Part shown: positions 25,239 to 38,804 of the stretch, one piece after another | How positions within the stretch are numbered: position 1 is the stretch's first letter | Layout: each line of letters begins with the position of its first letter | NCBI RefSeq assembly: GCF_009914755.1 | Contig: NC_060944.1 | DNA: 64,000 bases | Source: the human T2T-CHM13v2.0 reference genome, Homo sapiens | Direction: 5' to 3' (one strand) | Notes under the pieces: generated by a model | Seen by the model: the letters and a program-made list of their open reading frames with translations, nothing else | The model's database searches: none | Told to the model about the DNA's origin: nothing | Program-made: the position numbers and the translations under genes

Positions 25239-26984
25239 GTGAAAGTTAAGATTTTATCAGGTTTCCTAGACATTAAAAAATTGCCCTGGTGTTTGGTTAA
25301 TCCCCACATTCGCTGGGGTCCCTGATGTTAGCTGCAACATTCTTTCCTCGATACAAGGCTCCGCCACGAGGGCAGGGGGCAAGCTCCATGCATCTTTCTC
25401 CCACTGACACAGACAGGGCTCTTCACCACCACAGCCCATGACCTCCTGGACTCAACTGCCATTGGAAGTAGAAGTTCAAGATCTCTACCCGGGGAGGCCA
25501 ATACATTAGCTGGTTGCTGGCCTCCTTTTCTTGGGTTGAGGCAATATTTTATTTTAAAAGTTGGGGTATCAAAGTACACTTAGAATGATCTCAAGACATG
25601 CAACATCCTCTTGTCTCTTTGATGGGCACGCGGTGGCGGAGCCGGCACCATGCGTTTAGCCATCTGAGGGGTAGAGTCACAGCCATGACCATCGTGGGCA
25701 GCTTGACAGGGATTCTCTCCACCCCTCATTAGAACCCCTGTTAAGGGCACGCCTGAGCCGAAGAACCAGCTCCTTCCTGGACGCTGTGGCTTCAATGTTA
25801 AAATCCCAATCCGGAGAAGGATTCCTTCCCTGCTTTTCCTGGACACTTTTCATGGCTGAGCGTTCCCGCCCAGGGTGAGCACTGCTGCTCCGGCCTTGCT
25901 GCCCCATCGCTGTAGAGACTTCATCGTCTCCATTTCTGGGCCTGACTTGGCTTATTTTCTGCAGACTTAGAAAAAGAGGGCATTAAGAAGTCATTTATTC
26001 CGTAAGTATTTTACATTAGTCTAGCTCTGGGTCAGGGCAAGTTCTTGTCTTTGGGCCTTTTGTCCCTTGTTTCACAAGTCAGCCTTGCCGGACACCAGCT
26101 TCCCCATGGCCACTCCCAGGGGTATCAGGTCCCGTTTCATGGGGTTGTGGCAGCAGTGTTTTCAGGGAAGCTGAGTGTGAGCAACTCCATGTAACTCATT
26201 CCGCAAGCGAACAGGCTACCTCTGTGAATCAGGAACAGATAATGGAAGAGTTGGTTTTCGTTTTTTTAAGGAATAATAATACCTGGTAGGATATGAATTA
26301 CACAGTTCTCTTTTTTTTCTCTCTACAATCTGCATTATAGCATTTTTCATCAATTCAAAGCATTCAAATAAAGATCACCTAGCATACCTGGATAATTATG
26401 TCTATCAAGGAACACATGCCACCGCACAGAGCCAGGAATGCAATGCTATTTGTTTTGAAGTGCCACCAAGGAAAAAAGTATCTATAGAAACAGTGTGCAG
26501 GCATTCCATTGCCACTGTGTTTCCTGATAATGGGCCTATTAATGAAATAGCAGTTTGATTTTCAATCACAGTTAATGATGCCTTTTGTGTAACCATCATC
26601 CATATATACTGACGTGTTCGAACGGCCTTTACCAGAGAAGGAGGCACCAGACCCACAGAAGGGGGCAAAAGGCACTGGGGAGGGACGGTATCTGCAGGCA
26701 CAATTCAAAGAACAGCAGCAACATCTCTCCCAGAGCAAAAACTGAAAAGGTCCTTGACTGCTGCTGACACATCAGATAAATTGTACGTGTTTTGAGAAAC
26801 TAGGGATGTTTACTGCCTGTCCTCGCCACTCTTGCAGTCATGTTTAAAGGGGGTAACGTATGCACAAGTAGCGAGCCAAGTCCAAGCCTCCTGCACTGCC
26901 CCTGTGCCTGTGCCCCCTAGACCATTAGAGTCTAAATGTCTGCAGAGACCAAGGAGGAGCAGAAAGAGCCAGCCTGGGCCCTAC

Positions 26985-27390
26985 CTCCTTCTCGGAAAAC
27001 CCATCTGTCCTGCCCCAAGTGGAGGTTGGCTTATCTGTGGCCCTGGTCACAAGGAAAAAAGCACAGATGGTCACCCTACTCAGGCTGAGCCAATCGGTGT
27101 GTCCCTCGGTAGAACATGTGATTGAGCCATAAGAGTCAACTCCTGCCAATCGCTCAATATGATGGCAGGGAAAGAAGAGAATTTCGAGGCAGCCACTTTG
27201 GTCCCATACACACAGAAAGTGGGAGAGAGAGAGGGGGCCCAGGGTTTCTGCTGGAGTACCTGTTTTAGCTGCATCCCCTCATGGGACACCCGAGTCTTCC
27301 TCCTCTTCTTGGGTTGCATAGTATTGCCTTGGGTCCTCTTCATAAAGTTGCCCTTTTTCTTGAGTCACCTGCAAACAAAGGACCCCAAAC
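26985..27390 (+). mobile_element. LTR16-like ERVL LTR
   Basis: ctcaggctgagccaatc, gcagccactttgg, 3' cataaagttgcccttttt...tcacctgcaaacaaag. Confidence 0.55.
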
Positions 27391-28191
27391 TGAGGGACAC
27401 ACCTTTGTGTGGTCAGGTGCTTCCTGCCAGGCAGCCGCTCCTCAGGGAGTGCTGGTTTCATCGGTGATAAGTCCTGAGCAACACAACCTCGGGAAATCGA
27501 GCAACACTTCTGCCCTTGAGCTTTGGGGTCAAAAGAGTCGGGCTCAACTGTTTATTTTATCCCACCCTAAATGGTTGGTTTTCCTTGGGCAGGACTGGCA
27601 GCCCAGGACACCTCCACCCATCCCCTGCCTGGTGCTGGAGTCAGAGCCTGGGGCCCTTGGAGCATCCTGTGCATAATGGATGGTCAGGGATTCTACTGTG
27701 GCTTTCCTGGTCCTCTGTCCTGAAATCTCTCTGTCTAATCAGCAGGGCACACCAGGAAGCTGGAGGAGAAAACACTAATATTTTGAATGATGTAGGTTTT
27801 ATTTTGGATCACTTTTTTCCTTTCACTTAGAAACTGATGGTGCCATTCCTAAAAAGTTTCCCCAAATTTTTACATCTCTGAAGAAGCCGCTATTGATTTG
27901 GAAACCAGCAACACACTCACTCTGTTGAGATTGTCTGAAACCAGAGCCAGCCTTGAGCCCTTCAGAAATCCTTTCTCTCTGCATCCTCATTTATAGGCTA
28001 AGCCACAGCCCCAGCCCTTTAGCCAGGACCGAGACCCTGCTTATAAGGTCAGTATCATCTGCCTAGCACAGAGTTCAGGCCATGCTTTCCAGCACCCAGT
28101 CCCTGAGGCCAGAGGGCAGTCAGTGTTGCTCATCTGAAGCATCACTGGATTTACCCAACAAATATGGCCAGAGACTTACATAAAAGGATAT

Positions 28192-29090
28192 TGTGATATT
28201 GTAAAGTATATCTTTCGTCTTCCTCCTGTTTCCCAGCATTCAACTCCTGAAATCCTTGGGTTCTCCAAAGAGATAAGTGTTTTTTTGTGTGCTGATGAGA
28301 TGATGGGTGGCTGGGGGCCCCTAGGTAGGGGCTTCTGGTGTGGGGCTGGTCACAGGAAAGACCCTGGCAGGATTAGAGTGTTGGGACTTGCAACGCTGAC
28401 CTCCTATCCCCCACCTCTGGGGCGGAGGGGGCTAAAAATTAAGCTGATCACCAATGACTAGTGATGTAATCAGTCATGCCTAAGTAATGCAGCCTCCATA
28501 AAAGCCCCAAAGGACAGAGTTAAGATGAGCTTGCAGAAAGCTGAACGCACCACTTGGAAGTTCCTGGAGGGCCATGTACCGAAGAGGAAATGGAAGCCCC
28601 TCACCCCTTCACCACACCTTGCGCTATTCATCTCTTCATCGGTTCTTTGGTAGTCATGTGTTATCCCTTTTAATAAACCAGTAAACATTAAGTAAGTGTT
28701 TCTCTGAGTTCTGTGAGTCACTCTAGCAAACTAATGGAACCCAAGGGGGCAGTTGTGGGAACCTTGACTTACAGCTGTGGTCCAAAGCACAGGCAAAATG
28801 ATGGGGGGCTTGTGATGGCATCAGAAGTGGGGAATGAGGGCTGCAATCTTGGAGACTGAGCCCTCAACCTGTGGGGCCTGAGGCCATCTCCAGGTGGAGA
28901 ATGTCAGAATTGAATTGCTTTAGAAGACACCCAGCTGGTGGTTACGGCAGAACGGGTGGCTTTCTTGGCATGAAGGAAACCACAACCACCCCCGTGACAC
29001 ACACACACACATTTGGTCGCAGAAGTCTTCTGTGTTGTTTGTCAAGTGAGAGTATAGGAGAAACTGGTTTTTTTTCCTTATAAACTCAGA
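28192..29090 (+). mobile_element. MER21(B-like) ERVL solo LTR
   Basis: tgtgatattgt start; aataaaccagtaaac...gtgtttctctgagttctgtgag; TSD GATAT at 28187-28191 and 29091-29095. Confidence 0.9.
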
Positions 29091-29095
29091 GATAT

Positions 29096-29520
29096 GCACT
29101 ATATGACATGGTTAGTCACCATGAAAAATTTCTAACAGCCAGAATGCTCTACAATCAGAGACCAGCTGGAAAAATTATGCCACAGACACATGACGGGACA
29201 TGAAGCAATTAACAAATTCACTCTCGAAAAATATTTTGAGACTATGGGAAATTCTCATGAATCAAAAATAAAAAAACACAAGATAGAGAAACGTGTGAAT
29301 AAAAGGTTGTCTTGACTTTGTGTTATGCACACACACAGGCTTCTGAGTGACCCAAAAGTGGGAGGGGGCACCACAAGGAGGCACACAGGGGTGCTGGGAT
29401 TGCAGGAGATGTTAATTTTCTTCTGAATAATTTCCTGTATTTTCCAAAATTTCTATAAAAATACAAAGTTATTTGGTAATTAGAACAAACATCATATTTT
29501 TAAAAATATAAGAAATACTG
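29096..29520 (+). mobile_element. Old L1 (L1ME) 3' fragment, continuing from ~28140-28191
   Basis: Degenerate L1ME 3' pattern (aaattatgcc...; tttcctgtattttccaaaatttctataaaa) interrupted by MER21. Confidence 0.55.
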
Positions 29521-31449
29521 GAAATATACTTCCAAAGGCTGTGCTTTCCAGAGATTTGGAATGTGCTTTTAGAGGCACCATGAAGAGCTCAGACAAAACG
29601 CCTTCTTTGGCCCAAAGGCACCAAAATCACTTTTAAAAATCCATGTGCATGAATAACAAATTTCAAAATCATGTGAAACCTGTGCTCAGTGGTCATTCTC
29701 CAAACACACGTCTTCCCTCCCTGCTATAGGTGGTTACCAACCCCAGGGGTCTCCTCCCCCAGGATGGTGCAGGGGTTGAGATCCAGGTGTCAACTCTGCA
29801 GCTCCCTGGGGAAGGTCTGTGCTGCCTCGTTCTTCCCGCCTGTCTTGTCAAGGGAAGAGGAAGATCACAGCGCAGGGACACACTCGCCATCACTGTGCAC
29901 CCATAGAGTGTCCTCTTCCCAAAGGGCCCACCATAGGAGCCAGGGTCACCCCCCTTCTGCCCCCTCATCCTACTGCAATCCAGCTCGACCTTCAGGTTCA
30001 ACCCAGGCCCTGGGGAACCATGTCTAGGTAGAGCACCTGGGAGGGATGCAAGGACATCAGGTGCATGCATCGTAGGCAGGTGGTGCACAGGGAGCTGGGG
30101 TAGGAGTGCCCCCATGTCTGAACACCCTCCAAAGGGCCATCTGAAGAGAAGAGTGCTGCAGGGGCACCGAGAGCTCACAGAGTGACGGACGGCACCATCG
30201 GCCCCCCATCAGCGGTGGGCACAGCTTCCAGCAGGCCAGGTGCATCCTAGGGCTACCCAGCATGGGATCTGGACACATCCCTGTTGAGGCTGCAGGGCGA
30301 CCTTGGGGAATGGTCAGGTGTGTCACTTCATTCCCCCACTGCAGACAGCATTCGAGACTCAAAACAAAGGGAGCCACTTCTAAAATCTCTTGGTCTCAGA
30401 AGTTTAATTCCAGCCTGCCTTGACCTATCGTTTCATCGCACGTCCTCTAATTGAAATGTCCTTTCTGGAGCTCACATGTAGCTTTTTGTTCCTCGTCTTT
30501 GCTGGGTGGGGAGACGAGAACAGGGATCAGAGAGATCCCAAGCGCTCAACCACAGATAAGGGCTGCTTCTGCCATTTTCCTCCAACATGCAGTATTTCCT
30601 TGTTAGAGCAAACTGATGAAATATATGAGAAACCCAAGAAGGGAGTGGGCTTGGGGAAAACATTGTTAAAATGTAATATCGCCACAATTTAAAATGTTTC
30701 TATGAGTCTGATTTTCAAGACACATTTATTTCTTTTTTATTACAAGTTCTGGTACTTCTTAATGGAGCCACGGCCTCACACAAAATCGGGTTCTCCTTGG
30801 ACTAATATCTTTGAAAATTAAGTTGATTTATAACCAATTTTCTCCTCATTTAAACAGCGACCCGCAAGGGTTCCTCTGGGGAACCCACAGGATCCGAGAA
30901 CTGATGTGTTGCCGAGATTACCCAGTGATGCGGAATCTTTGCAAACATGTGCATATGGCGGTGGGTGCTTAAGGGAGCAAAATAATGTATTTCCTTGTTC
31001 TACATCCCTGCCTTAATTTTGGAGTTAGACATGCGCATTGCTGGGAATGAAGAAACGCTAATTGGATAATTACAAAAACTCCCATCTGATTTCCCACTTT
31101 CAAATCGGCTTATCTGCCTTGTCCTTAGCACACACACTCCACTGTGGGCAGTGGGCAGTGGGCAGAGGGCAGGGGTCAGGGGCCCTGGAACATGTGGCAA
31201 ATCCACTTCCACCTCTGGCAAGCCTGAGACACAAGTCCACCCCTGCCCCCCCCGGCAAAGCTCGGGAATGACGGACGGCAGTCCCTTCTCTACAGTCGAT
31301 GTTGAAGGTGGGGTGTGTTTAGAATGGTCCACCAGATGCTACCACAGATGTAAGGGAAACAGGATGGATCGGCCGGCACACCCATCTCTTCTGTTGAGAA
31401 AATGTTGTATTTCATTACTGCAGGCTTGCTGGTGGGGGGCTTTTCCTTA

Positions 31450-31650
31450 AACTGAATAATAATTGACCATACCAGCTTCCTAGGGTTGCATTTTTGTGCC
31501 AGCCACCAAGCCACCAGTTAGTCCTTGTCACTCCCAAAACCCTCACTGCGGCTCCACGAGGTCATTACTTCATTGCCCCCATGTTTATGGATGAGGACAT
31601 TGAGGCTTGAGAGACCCACAGCCTGCTCTAAGCATCACCAGCTAAGTGGC
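31450..31650 (-). mobile_element. MIR
   Basis: cccatgtttatggatgaggacattgaggcttgaga...cagctaagtggc. Confidence 0.7.
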
Positions 31651-31689
31651 ACCCAGGGCTGCTTTTCAGCTTTCCTTTCCATGGCAGCA

Positions 31690-31850
31690 TTTTTTTTAAT
31701 GCTACATCCGACATAATCTGTATTTTATTATTTACTCTGTTCATTGTTTGTAAGTTCTGCTAGGGCAGGTGGATTTCTCTTGCTGTTCACTGGGTATCAC
31801 AGTCCCTGGCAAAGAGCAGTGCTCAATAAATATTTGCTTGATGAATGCAC
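31690..31850 (+). mobile_element. L2 3' end
   Basis: cacagtccctggcaaagagcagtgctcaataaatatttgcttgatgaatg. Confidence 0.8.
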
Positions 31851-32424
31851 GCAGACATGCTCTTAGCCATTCTATGCTACCTAATATGGATTATTCCAGG
31901 CTCCCTGAACTCTTCCCAAATCAAGAAACCACTTTCCAGAAGTATTTTAACACGAGCTGCCAAGCCTTGACTGTTGAAATGTTTTTGACAGTCAGCCTTG
32001 CCATCCTTAGATGTCCTGCTCTTTTCAGACCTTCCCAGACCTGTCATCGCCAGCGCCTTTCCTGAAGAGCCATCCTACACTGGGTCCCGGAACTGCAGCT
32101 CTGCAAACAATAGCACAGGCTCATGATCTCCCTCTGTCTCCATGGGGAAGTATCCCTCCCTGTACCAGAGCAGCCCTGGCCAAGTGGGGCTCAGCCCAAG
32201 AGCAGGCTGGAGCCAGACAGCTCGGCCCACAGATATTGATGAACAGTTTAAAAGGACAAGCCCATCAGCACTAATTCCTCCAGGGTCCTCTCCCCGGCTC
32301 CAGGTTGGTAATCAAAGGGAAAGTGCACTTTGGAAATAATTTTGTTTCTGTGCAGTTCAAATTCCGGAGACCTTGTTTTAAAGCTCATTTGAATAATAAC
32401 AAGAGCAATTAAAAATTAATATGA

Positions 32425-32590
32425 ATTGCTATTATTTATGGAGTGTGGGTTACCTGCCAAGGGCTTTTCCAAATGCTTCCCTTGCACTATTGCACTGTAG
32501 CCTAACAACCTTGTGAATTGGCTCCTGTTTATATTCTCCTTTTAAAGGGAAGAAAACTAGCACTTTGAGAGTTTAAGAAACTTGCATTTT
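32425..32590 (-). mobile_element. MIR
   Basis: aacaaccttgtga...tttaaagggaagaaaactagcactttgagagtttaagaaacttgc. Confidence 0.6.
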
Positions 32591-32611
32591 TCTCCCCAAG
32601 AAGTGTGGTTA

Positions 32612-32952
<341 letters not shown>

Positions 32953-33545
32953 TTAGAATGCATGCTCTGATTAAAGGCCCAATATTTTTAAAAACAGAAG
33001 AGCAGCTAAGGAAAAGACCCAAAAGCTCAGGCTGAACCAAAGTTCTTCTTGGTGTGGCCAGAAGGCCCACACTCTACCCCCTGCAGGGCTGTCTGGATTC
33101 CGGGCCCCACCAGCTCACCTGCTCAGCACCTTGGGTCTAATCTTCTGATGCGTCCCTGCCCTTGGAGCCCCACAGGGAAATGACACAATCCCCTGTTTAC
33201 TACGAGGCTGGGCTTCCTCATGGGCCCTGCCTCCAACTTCGAGACCCAGTTCCACCCCAGGTAGCTTTGGACAAATGATGGAGCCTCTCGGAGCCTCCAG
33301 TTTCCCTCTAACATCTCATGGATGATGATGTCAGCCCACAGGGCTGACGGGAGGATGGTCAGACAAAGCCTGGATTCGCCCTGCATGGTTCCTGGCACGA
33401 GGGCAAGCTTGAATGGAGGTAAAAATAAGATGGTCCCTTCCAGTCCCACCCACACTCACCAGGGCCAGTGTTCCTCCCCAGTGCTCTGTGAGCTGAGTGG
33501 TCTCTGCCTTCCTGGGCCCCCACCTGGATGTCCAGAGGCCATGGC

Positions 33546-34062
33546 TATGATGGTTAATACTGAGTGTCAACTTGATTAGACTGAAGGATGCAAAGTATTG
33601 TTCCTGGGTGTATGTCTGAGGGTGCTGCCAAAAGAGATTAACATTTGAGCCAGTGGGCTAAGAAAGCCAAACTCAACCTCAATCTGGGTGGGCACCATCT
33701 AATCAGCTGCCAGCAAGGCTAGGAAAAAGCAGGCAGAAGAACCTGGAAGGACTAGAGTGGCTGAGCCTTCTAGCCTCCATCTTTCTCCCGTGCTGGATGC
33801 TTCCTGCCCTCGAACATCAGACTCCAAGTCCTTCAGCTTTGGGACTCTTGGATCTTCCACCGCAGACTGAAGGCTGCCCTGTCGGCTTCCCTAGTTTTGA
33901 GGTTTTGGGACTCGGAATGGCTTTCTTGCTCCTCAGCTTGCAGATGGCCTAATGTGGGACCTCACCTTGTGATCGTGTGAGTTGATACTCCTTCATAAAC
34001 TCCCCTTCATATATACATCTGTCCTGTGATTTCTGTCCCTCTAGAGAACTCTGACTAATACA
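33546..34062 (+). mobile_element. MLT2A (A1/A2) ERVL solo LTR
   Basis: tatgatggttaatactgagtgtcaacttgatt...ctctagagaactctgactaataca. Confidence 0.93.
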
Positions 34063-34264
34063 GTGGGTATCACCCCTGTCTGGAAGAATAGCACGGCCCA
34101 GGCCCCTGCAGGTTCCACCCAGGCCCCTGCATGACTCAGCAAGCTGGTCTGGGGAGCTCCCTCCTTTGGGGCTGCCCCCCATGCCAGGGTCCACAGTAAC
34201 ATGCCTAAGTTCTCCCAGGGCTGGAAACAACCTCCGTGAGTCACGCCAGTGTTTGCAATCCTCA

Positions 34265-34685
34265 GCATGCTTGCTAGCAAATGTTTAACAACCAGCTCTC
34301 AAAAAAGCAAAAAAAAAAAAGTTTTTAAAAAGCCCCGATTTTTAGCATTTGCCAGTTTTCATAGTGTAAATCTTCCTGCCGTGGTCAACTTCAAGCCATC
34401 TATGTGACTTTACTGAATGTAACATTGGGAAGAGAGGTACAGCAGCAGACAGTGATGTAGTGTTTTACCATCCCCAGTAAAATCAATTCATAATCTTCAC
34501 CACATAGATAGTAGCAAAATGTAGTCAAGTAATTAAAAAGTTATACATTTTTGAGTATTTATGACCTTTCTTTTTAATACGATTTGTTTACTTGTAATTT
34601 TATATCATTTAATGTTTACAATGTCTGTGTTCAACAACCAGTGAGCACAACCCCTGCAAATTTACCATTTGGCTCTCCTGAGCTT
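34265..34685. mobile_element. MER63B-like (hAT-Blackjack)
   Basis: aaatgtttaacaaccagctctc...tagcatttgccagtttt...gggaagagag...atagtagcaaaatgtagt. Confidence 0.75.
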
Positions 34686-34964
34686 GGAGGAGAGGCTGCC
34701 GCACACCCTTGGCTCTGGCCGCCCAGGCTTTTCTTAGCTGAGCTTCCACACCCTGACTGTGGTCCAGTCCTCTCGCTTCCAGCCCATGCCTGCTTTCAGA
34801 TGCAGTCTGTTCCCAGCTGCCCAGTGTTTGGACCTCCAGAGGCTCCATCCCAGGGCCTCCCTCCAGCTCCAACATCCTGACTCCTCAGCGCCCACGTCAC
34901 CTCGCTCATCACCAGAACCACTTCATCTGTCTCATATCCTGTGAGGCAGACACAAAACAATGAC

Positions 34965-35185
34965 ACAGCGAAGAACCTGGGCTGGAAAGTCTGGCAGAGT
35001 CGGGGTGAATCCCAGCTCTGCCCTTTCCCGCAAGTGACCCACTTCCCCAGCATCTGCCTACACACCTGCAACAAGGGAGAGAGAAGAGTATCACCGAGGG
35101 CTGTTAAACAAACCAATTCACGCAAAGGGGCTTGGCCCAGTTCTCATCACCTAATAAGTGCCCCATAGAAGATGCCATTAATACT
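34965..35185 (+). mobile_element. MIR
   Basis: gtgaatcccagctctgccctttcc...gtgaccc...aataagtgcccc. Confidence 0.6.
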
Positions 35186-35524
35186 CACCTCCTGCCAGAT
35201 TCCAGCCAATGCTGGGGACAAAGGCAAACTCCAGCACAAAACCCTTATTTCCTGCGGGCGGTACCTAACAGCCCCTGTGTTTCCATGAAGTTAGCAGCTG
35301 CAGCCCTTCTTCACCACAGGCTCCTTCTCCTCCAGCACCGCTGCCTCTCTCCTCAGAGCCACCAAGCCTCAGAACAAGGCTCTGACAACCTGCAGAGAAG
35401 GACTTTTCTTGGTTTGCATTGTCTTTGAGCTTTGACTTTTTAACAGAATGGGGGTCATTTTGAGTCAATGTTTTGACATTCCTCTGGAGTTTATTTCCTA
35501 GCTCTAATGGTCATATTTGGTAGA

Positions 35525-36565
35525 GGAAGAACTCTTAAAACTCAATGGTAAGAAAATAATCCAATTTTTAAAATGGGCCAAAGATCTTAAGAGACACATC
35601 ACCAAAGAGGACAAACATGTGGATGTCAAACGGCACATGAAAAGATGCTCCACATCCTACGTCATCAGGGAAATGCCAATTACAACAACGAGATGCCACC
35701 ACACAGCTGCTAGAATGGCCAAAGTCCAGAACACGGATGACACCAAATGCTGGCAAGGATGTGGAGCAACAGAACCCTCACTCATCGCTGCTGAGAACGC
35801 AACATGCGACAGCCACTTGGAAGACAGTATGTTGGTATTTTGTAAAACTAAACATACTCTTACCATACGATCCAGCAATCGCCCTCCTTGGCATTTACCC
35901 AAGTGAAGTTTGAAAACGTATGTCCACATAAAAACCTGCACACAGATGCTTATAGCGGCTTTATGCATAGTTGCAAAAACTTGGGAGCAACTAAGATGTC
36001 CTTCAGCAGGTGAGTGGATAAACAAGCAATGGAATATCCAGACAATAGAATACTACTCAGGGCTAAAAATAAACGAGCTGTCAAACCAGGAAAAGACATG
36101 AAGGAAACCTACATGCACATTCCGACGTGAAGGAAGCCACGCTGAAAAGGCTATACACCCTAGAGTTCCAACTACATGACATTCCGCGAAAGACAAATCT
36201 ACACAGACGATCTAAAGATCAGTGGTTGCCAGAGGTCAGCAGGAGGGAGGCATGAATCGGCAGAATACAGAGGGCTTTTAGGGTAGTGAAACTGCTCTTT
36301 ATGATACTATAATGGGAGATACATGTCATTATACATTTGTCCAAACCCGTGGAACTTACAACACTAAGTGAGCCCTAATATAAACTGCAGACTTTGGGTG
36401 ATTACAGTGTGTCTGCATAGGTTCATTGCTTGTTAACAAGTATACCATCTGGTGGGGGATGTTGATAACAGGGGAGGCTGTGCGTATGTGGGGGCTGGGA
36501 CTATGTAGGAAATCTTTGCACCTTCTGCTCAATGTTGCTGGAAACCTAAAACAACTCTAAAAAAA
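35525..36565 (+). mobile_element. L1MC1/2 (ORF2 C-terminus and 3' UTR)
   Basis: ORFs 35517+ and 35910+ give KWAKDLKRHITKED, HMKRCSTS, MKTYVHIKTCTQMLIAAL, typical of L1 ORF2; L1MC 3' UTR acatgtcattatacatttgtccaaacc. Confidence 0.92.
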
Positions 36566-36574
36566 TTAATTCTT

Positions 36575-36742
36575 CAAGATGACTAGGAGCAAATTCCAAA
36601 TGCCTCACCACAAAGAATGGTAAGTAAGTGAGGAGACGAATATGTTAATTAGCTTGACTTAACCCGTCCACATTGTATACATCCATCAAAACATCACTTT
36701 GTACCCCATAAATGTTCATTAAAAATAACATTAATAAAAAAT
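36575..36742 (+). mobile_element. L1MA 3' end, short insertion at the L1MC tail
   Basis: tatgttaattagcttga...aaaacatcactttgtaccccataaat. Confidence 0.8.
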
Positions 36743-36881
36743 AAAGTCTTAAGCAAACAAATTATCTCTATGCACACAAGAAACCAGGACCTCAGCACCC
36801 AACACTCCACCTGTTTCAGTTTTGCTTAGTTTTGTAATTCACTGTACTTAGTCTTTATTTTGATTTCACCTATTTGCTGTC

Positions 36882-37231
36882 TGATATGGTTTGGCTGTGA
36901 CCCCAGCCAAATCTCCTCTTGAATTGTCATGCCCATAATCCCCACATGTCTAGGGAGGGGCCCAGTGGGAGGTGACTGGATCATGGGGGCGGTTCCCCCA
37001 TGCAGTTCTCATGATAGTGAGTGAGTCTCAAGAGATCTGATGGTTTCGTAAGTGTCTGGCGTGTCCCCTGCTCGCACTTCTCTCTCCTGCCACCTTGTGG
37101 AGAAGGTCCTTGCTTCCCCTTCACCTTCCACCCTGATCGTCAGTTTCCTGAGGCTTCCTCAGCCCTGTGGAACTGTGAGTCAATTAAACCTCTTTCTTTA
37201 TGAATGACCCAGCCTCAGGGGTTCCTTTATA
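36882..37231 (+). mobile_element. THE1D/MSTA-like MaLR LTR (3' end clipped)
   Basis: tgatatggtttggctgtg...tggaactgtgagtcaattaaacctctttc. Confidence 0.92.
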
Positions 37232-37949
37232 GAATGAGCCCTTCTGCAACCACCCAGCAGGAGGCATTAGACGGCCCCAGAAATGAGCAGTAACACACTT
37301 TCCCACCATTTCCCCAATCGCTTGACAGCAAGATTCAGACCATCACCCGGGAGAACTTAGAACAGCCACCCCCACAGCAAAAGCTACACCTTCCAGAGGA
37401 AGAGCATGAAGTGGCTTCTGTTGAGAAAGGCCATGGCTCCCTGACCTGGCCACCTTCCCCGAGTTACAGCACAGGCTCACGGTCTCACCCTGAGTGACAG
37501 CCCTGGGTGATTCCAAACAGGCCTGACGCTCTCCAGGACCCTGACACGGATCTGAACTACACAGAGCTATGGTGATCCGGCCGGCTCAGGGGCTAACCAA
37601 AGTGATTCCAGGCAGAGCAGCCGGCACTTGCTACCTGGGGTGATAATGCGCACCTTGGAGAATGTCCTTAATGAAAATGTTTAGAAATCAGATCCAGCCA
37701 GAGGACCCCCCAGAAAGCACTTTCCTCCAGGACAGCATGACCCCTGTCCTGGGCTGCGGAAGGAAAAGCAGGGGGTTGAAAGGGCTCAGGCGGGAAGCCT
37801 GGCTTCACCTGAGGAGGGGCCACATCCTGCCAAGGACAAACTTTGCCTTGTGTACCTTATTTAATTTTGATCCGGATACAATCAGAATGATACAACACGG
37901 CCAAAAGTCTGGTTCTCCTTGGAGATGTTGATCTCATTAGCAGGACACC

Positions 37950-38165
37950 ATCACTCACTCAGCAAATATTTACTGAGCAGCTACTATGTGCCCAGCAGAT
38001 GCTCACTGAAGAGGCAGCCGTGCCACAAGCAGAGTGAACCTCTGGCTTTATTGCACATCCATGCCCTAGGAAAGAGACAACCCAAGCAAAGCTGCACAGC
38101 CTGTCGCACGGGGAAATGTGCAACAAGGAATAATAAAGCCAGGCTGGGGATAAAGTGTGATGCTC
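37950..38165 (-). mobile_element. L2 3' end
   Basis: cactcactcagcaaatatttactgagcagctactatgtgcc. Confidence 0.8.
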
Positions 38166-38357
38166 TGAGACTCACGTGGTCACTTTTTGTGTGGCTTAGC
38201 TTCCAGTGCCCGGCCCTGTTGCCCACAGCTGGACCTCCGCCCCGCAGTGAGTAGTTTTGCTTTGTGTTTGGAAGAGGGAGCAGAGGGCAGGGTTGAAGAG
38301 CACTGTGGGCGCTCCATCAAGCGAGAGCAGGTCCGTGCCTGTGCTCTACACGCTGAC

Positions 38358-38804
38358 CATTTGAGTCTCCGGCCACTGCTGTCACAAGCCACCACAAAGG
38401 GAGTGACTTACAACAATGCAAATTTATTCTCTTACATGCTCTGGATGTCACATGTCCAAAATCAAGGTGTGGGCAGAGCTGTGTTACATCCGGAGGCTCT
38501 GCAGGAGAATCCGTTTCCTGCCTTTTCCAGAGTCTAGCGGCCGCCTGCACTCCTTGGTTCCTGGCCTCTTCCTCCATCTTCAAAGTCAGCATCTTCCAAT
38601 CTCTCCCTGACTCTGACCTTCCTGCCCCATCTCATAAGAACCCTATGAGGACACTGGGACCACCTAAATGATCCAGGATGATGTCCCATCTCAAGATCCT
38701 TAATCCCACCTGCAGAGTTCCTGTTGCCAAGTAAGGTGACATCGTCATGGGTTTCAGGGATGAGGATGTGAACATCCTTGGGAGATATTTTTTCAGCTGA
38801 CTAC
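38358..38804 (-). mobile_element. MLT1D-like MaLR LTR
   Basis: aaatttattctcttaca...ggagaatccgtttcctgccttttccag...cccatctcaagatccttaat. Confidence 0.9.

Noticed and set aside
35517-36101. ORFs resembling a real protein
   Set aside because: Frameshifted L1 ORF2 C-terminal remnants
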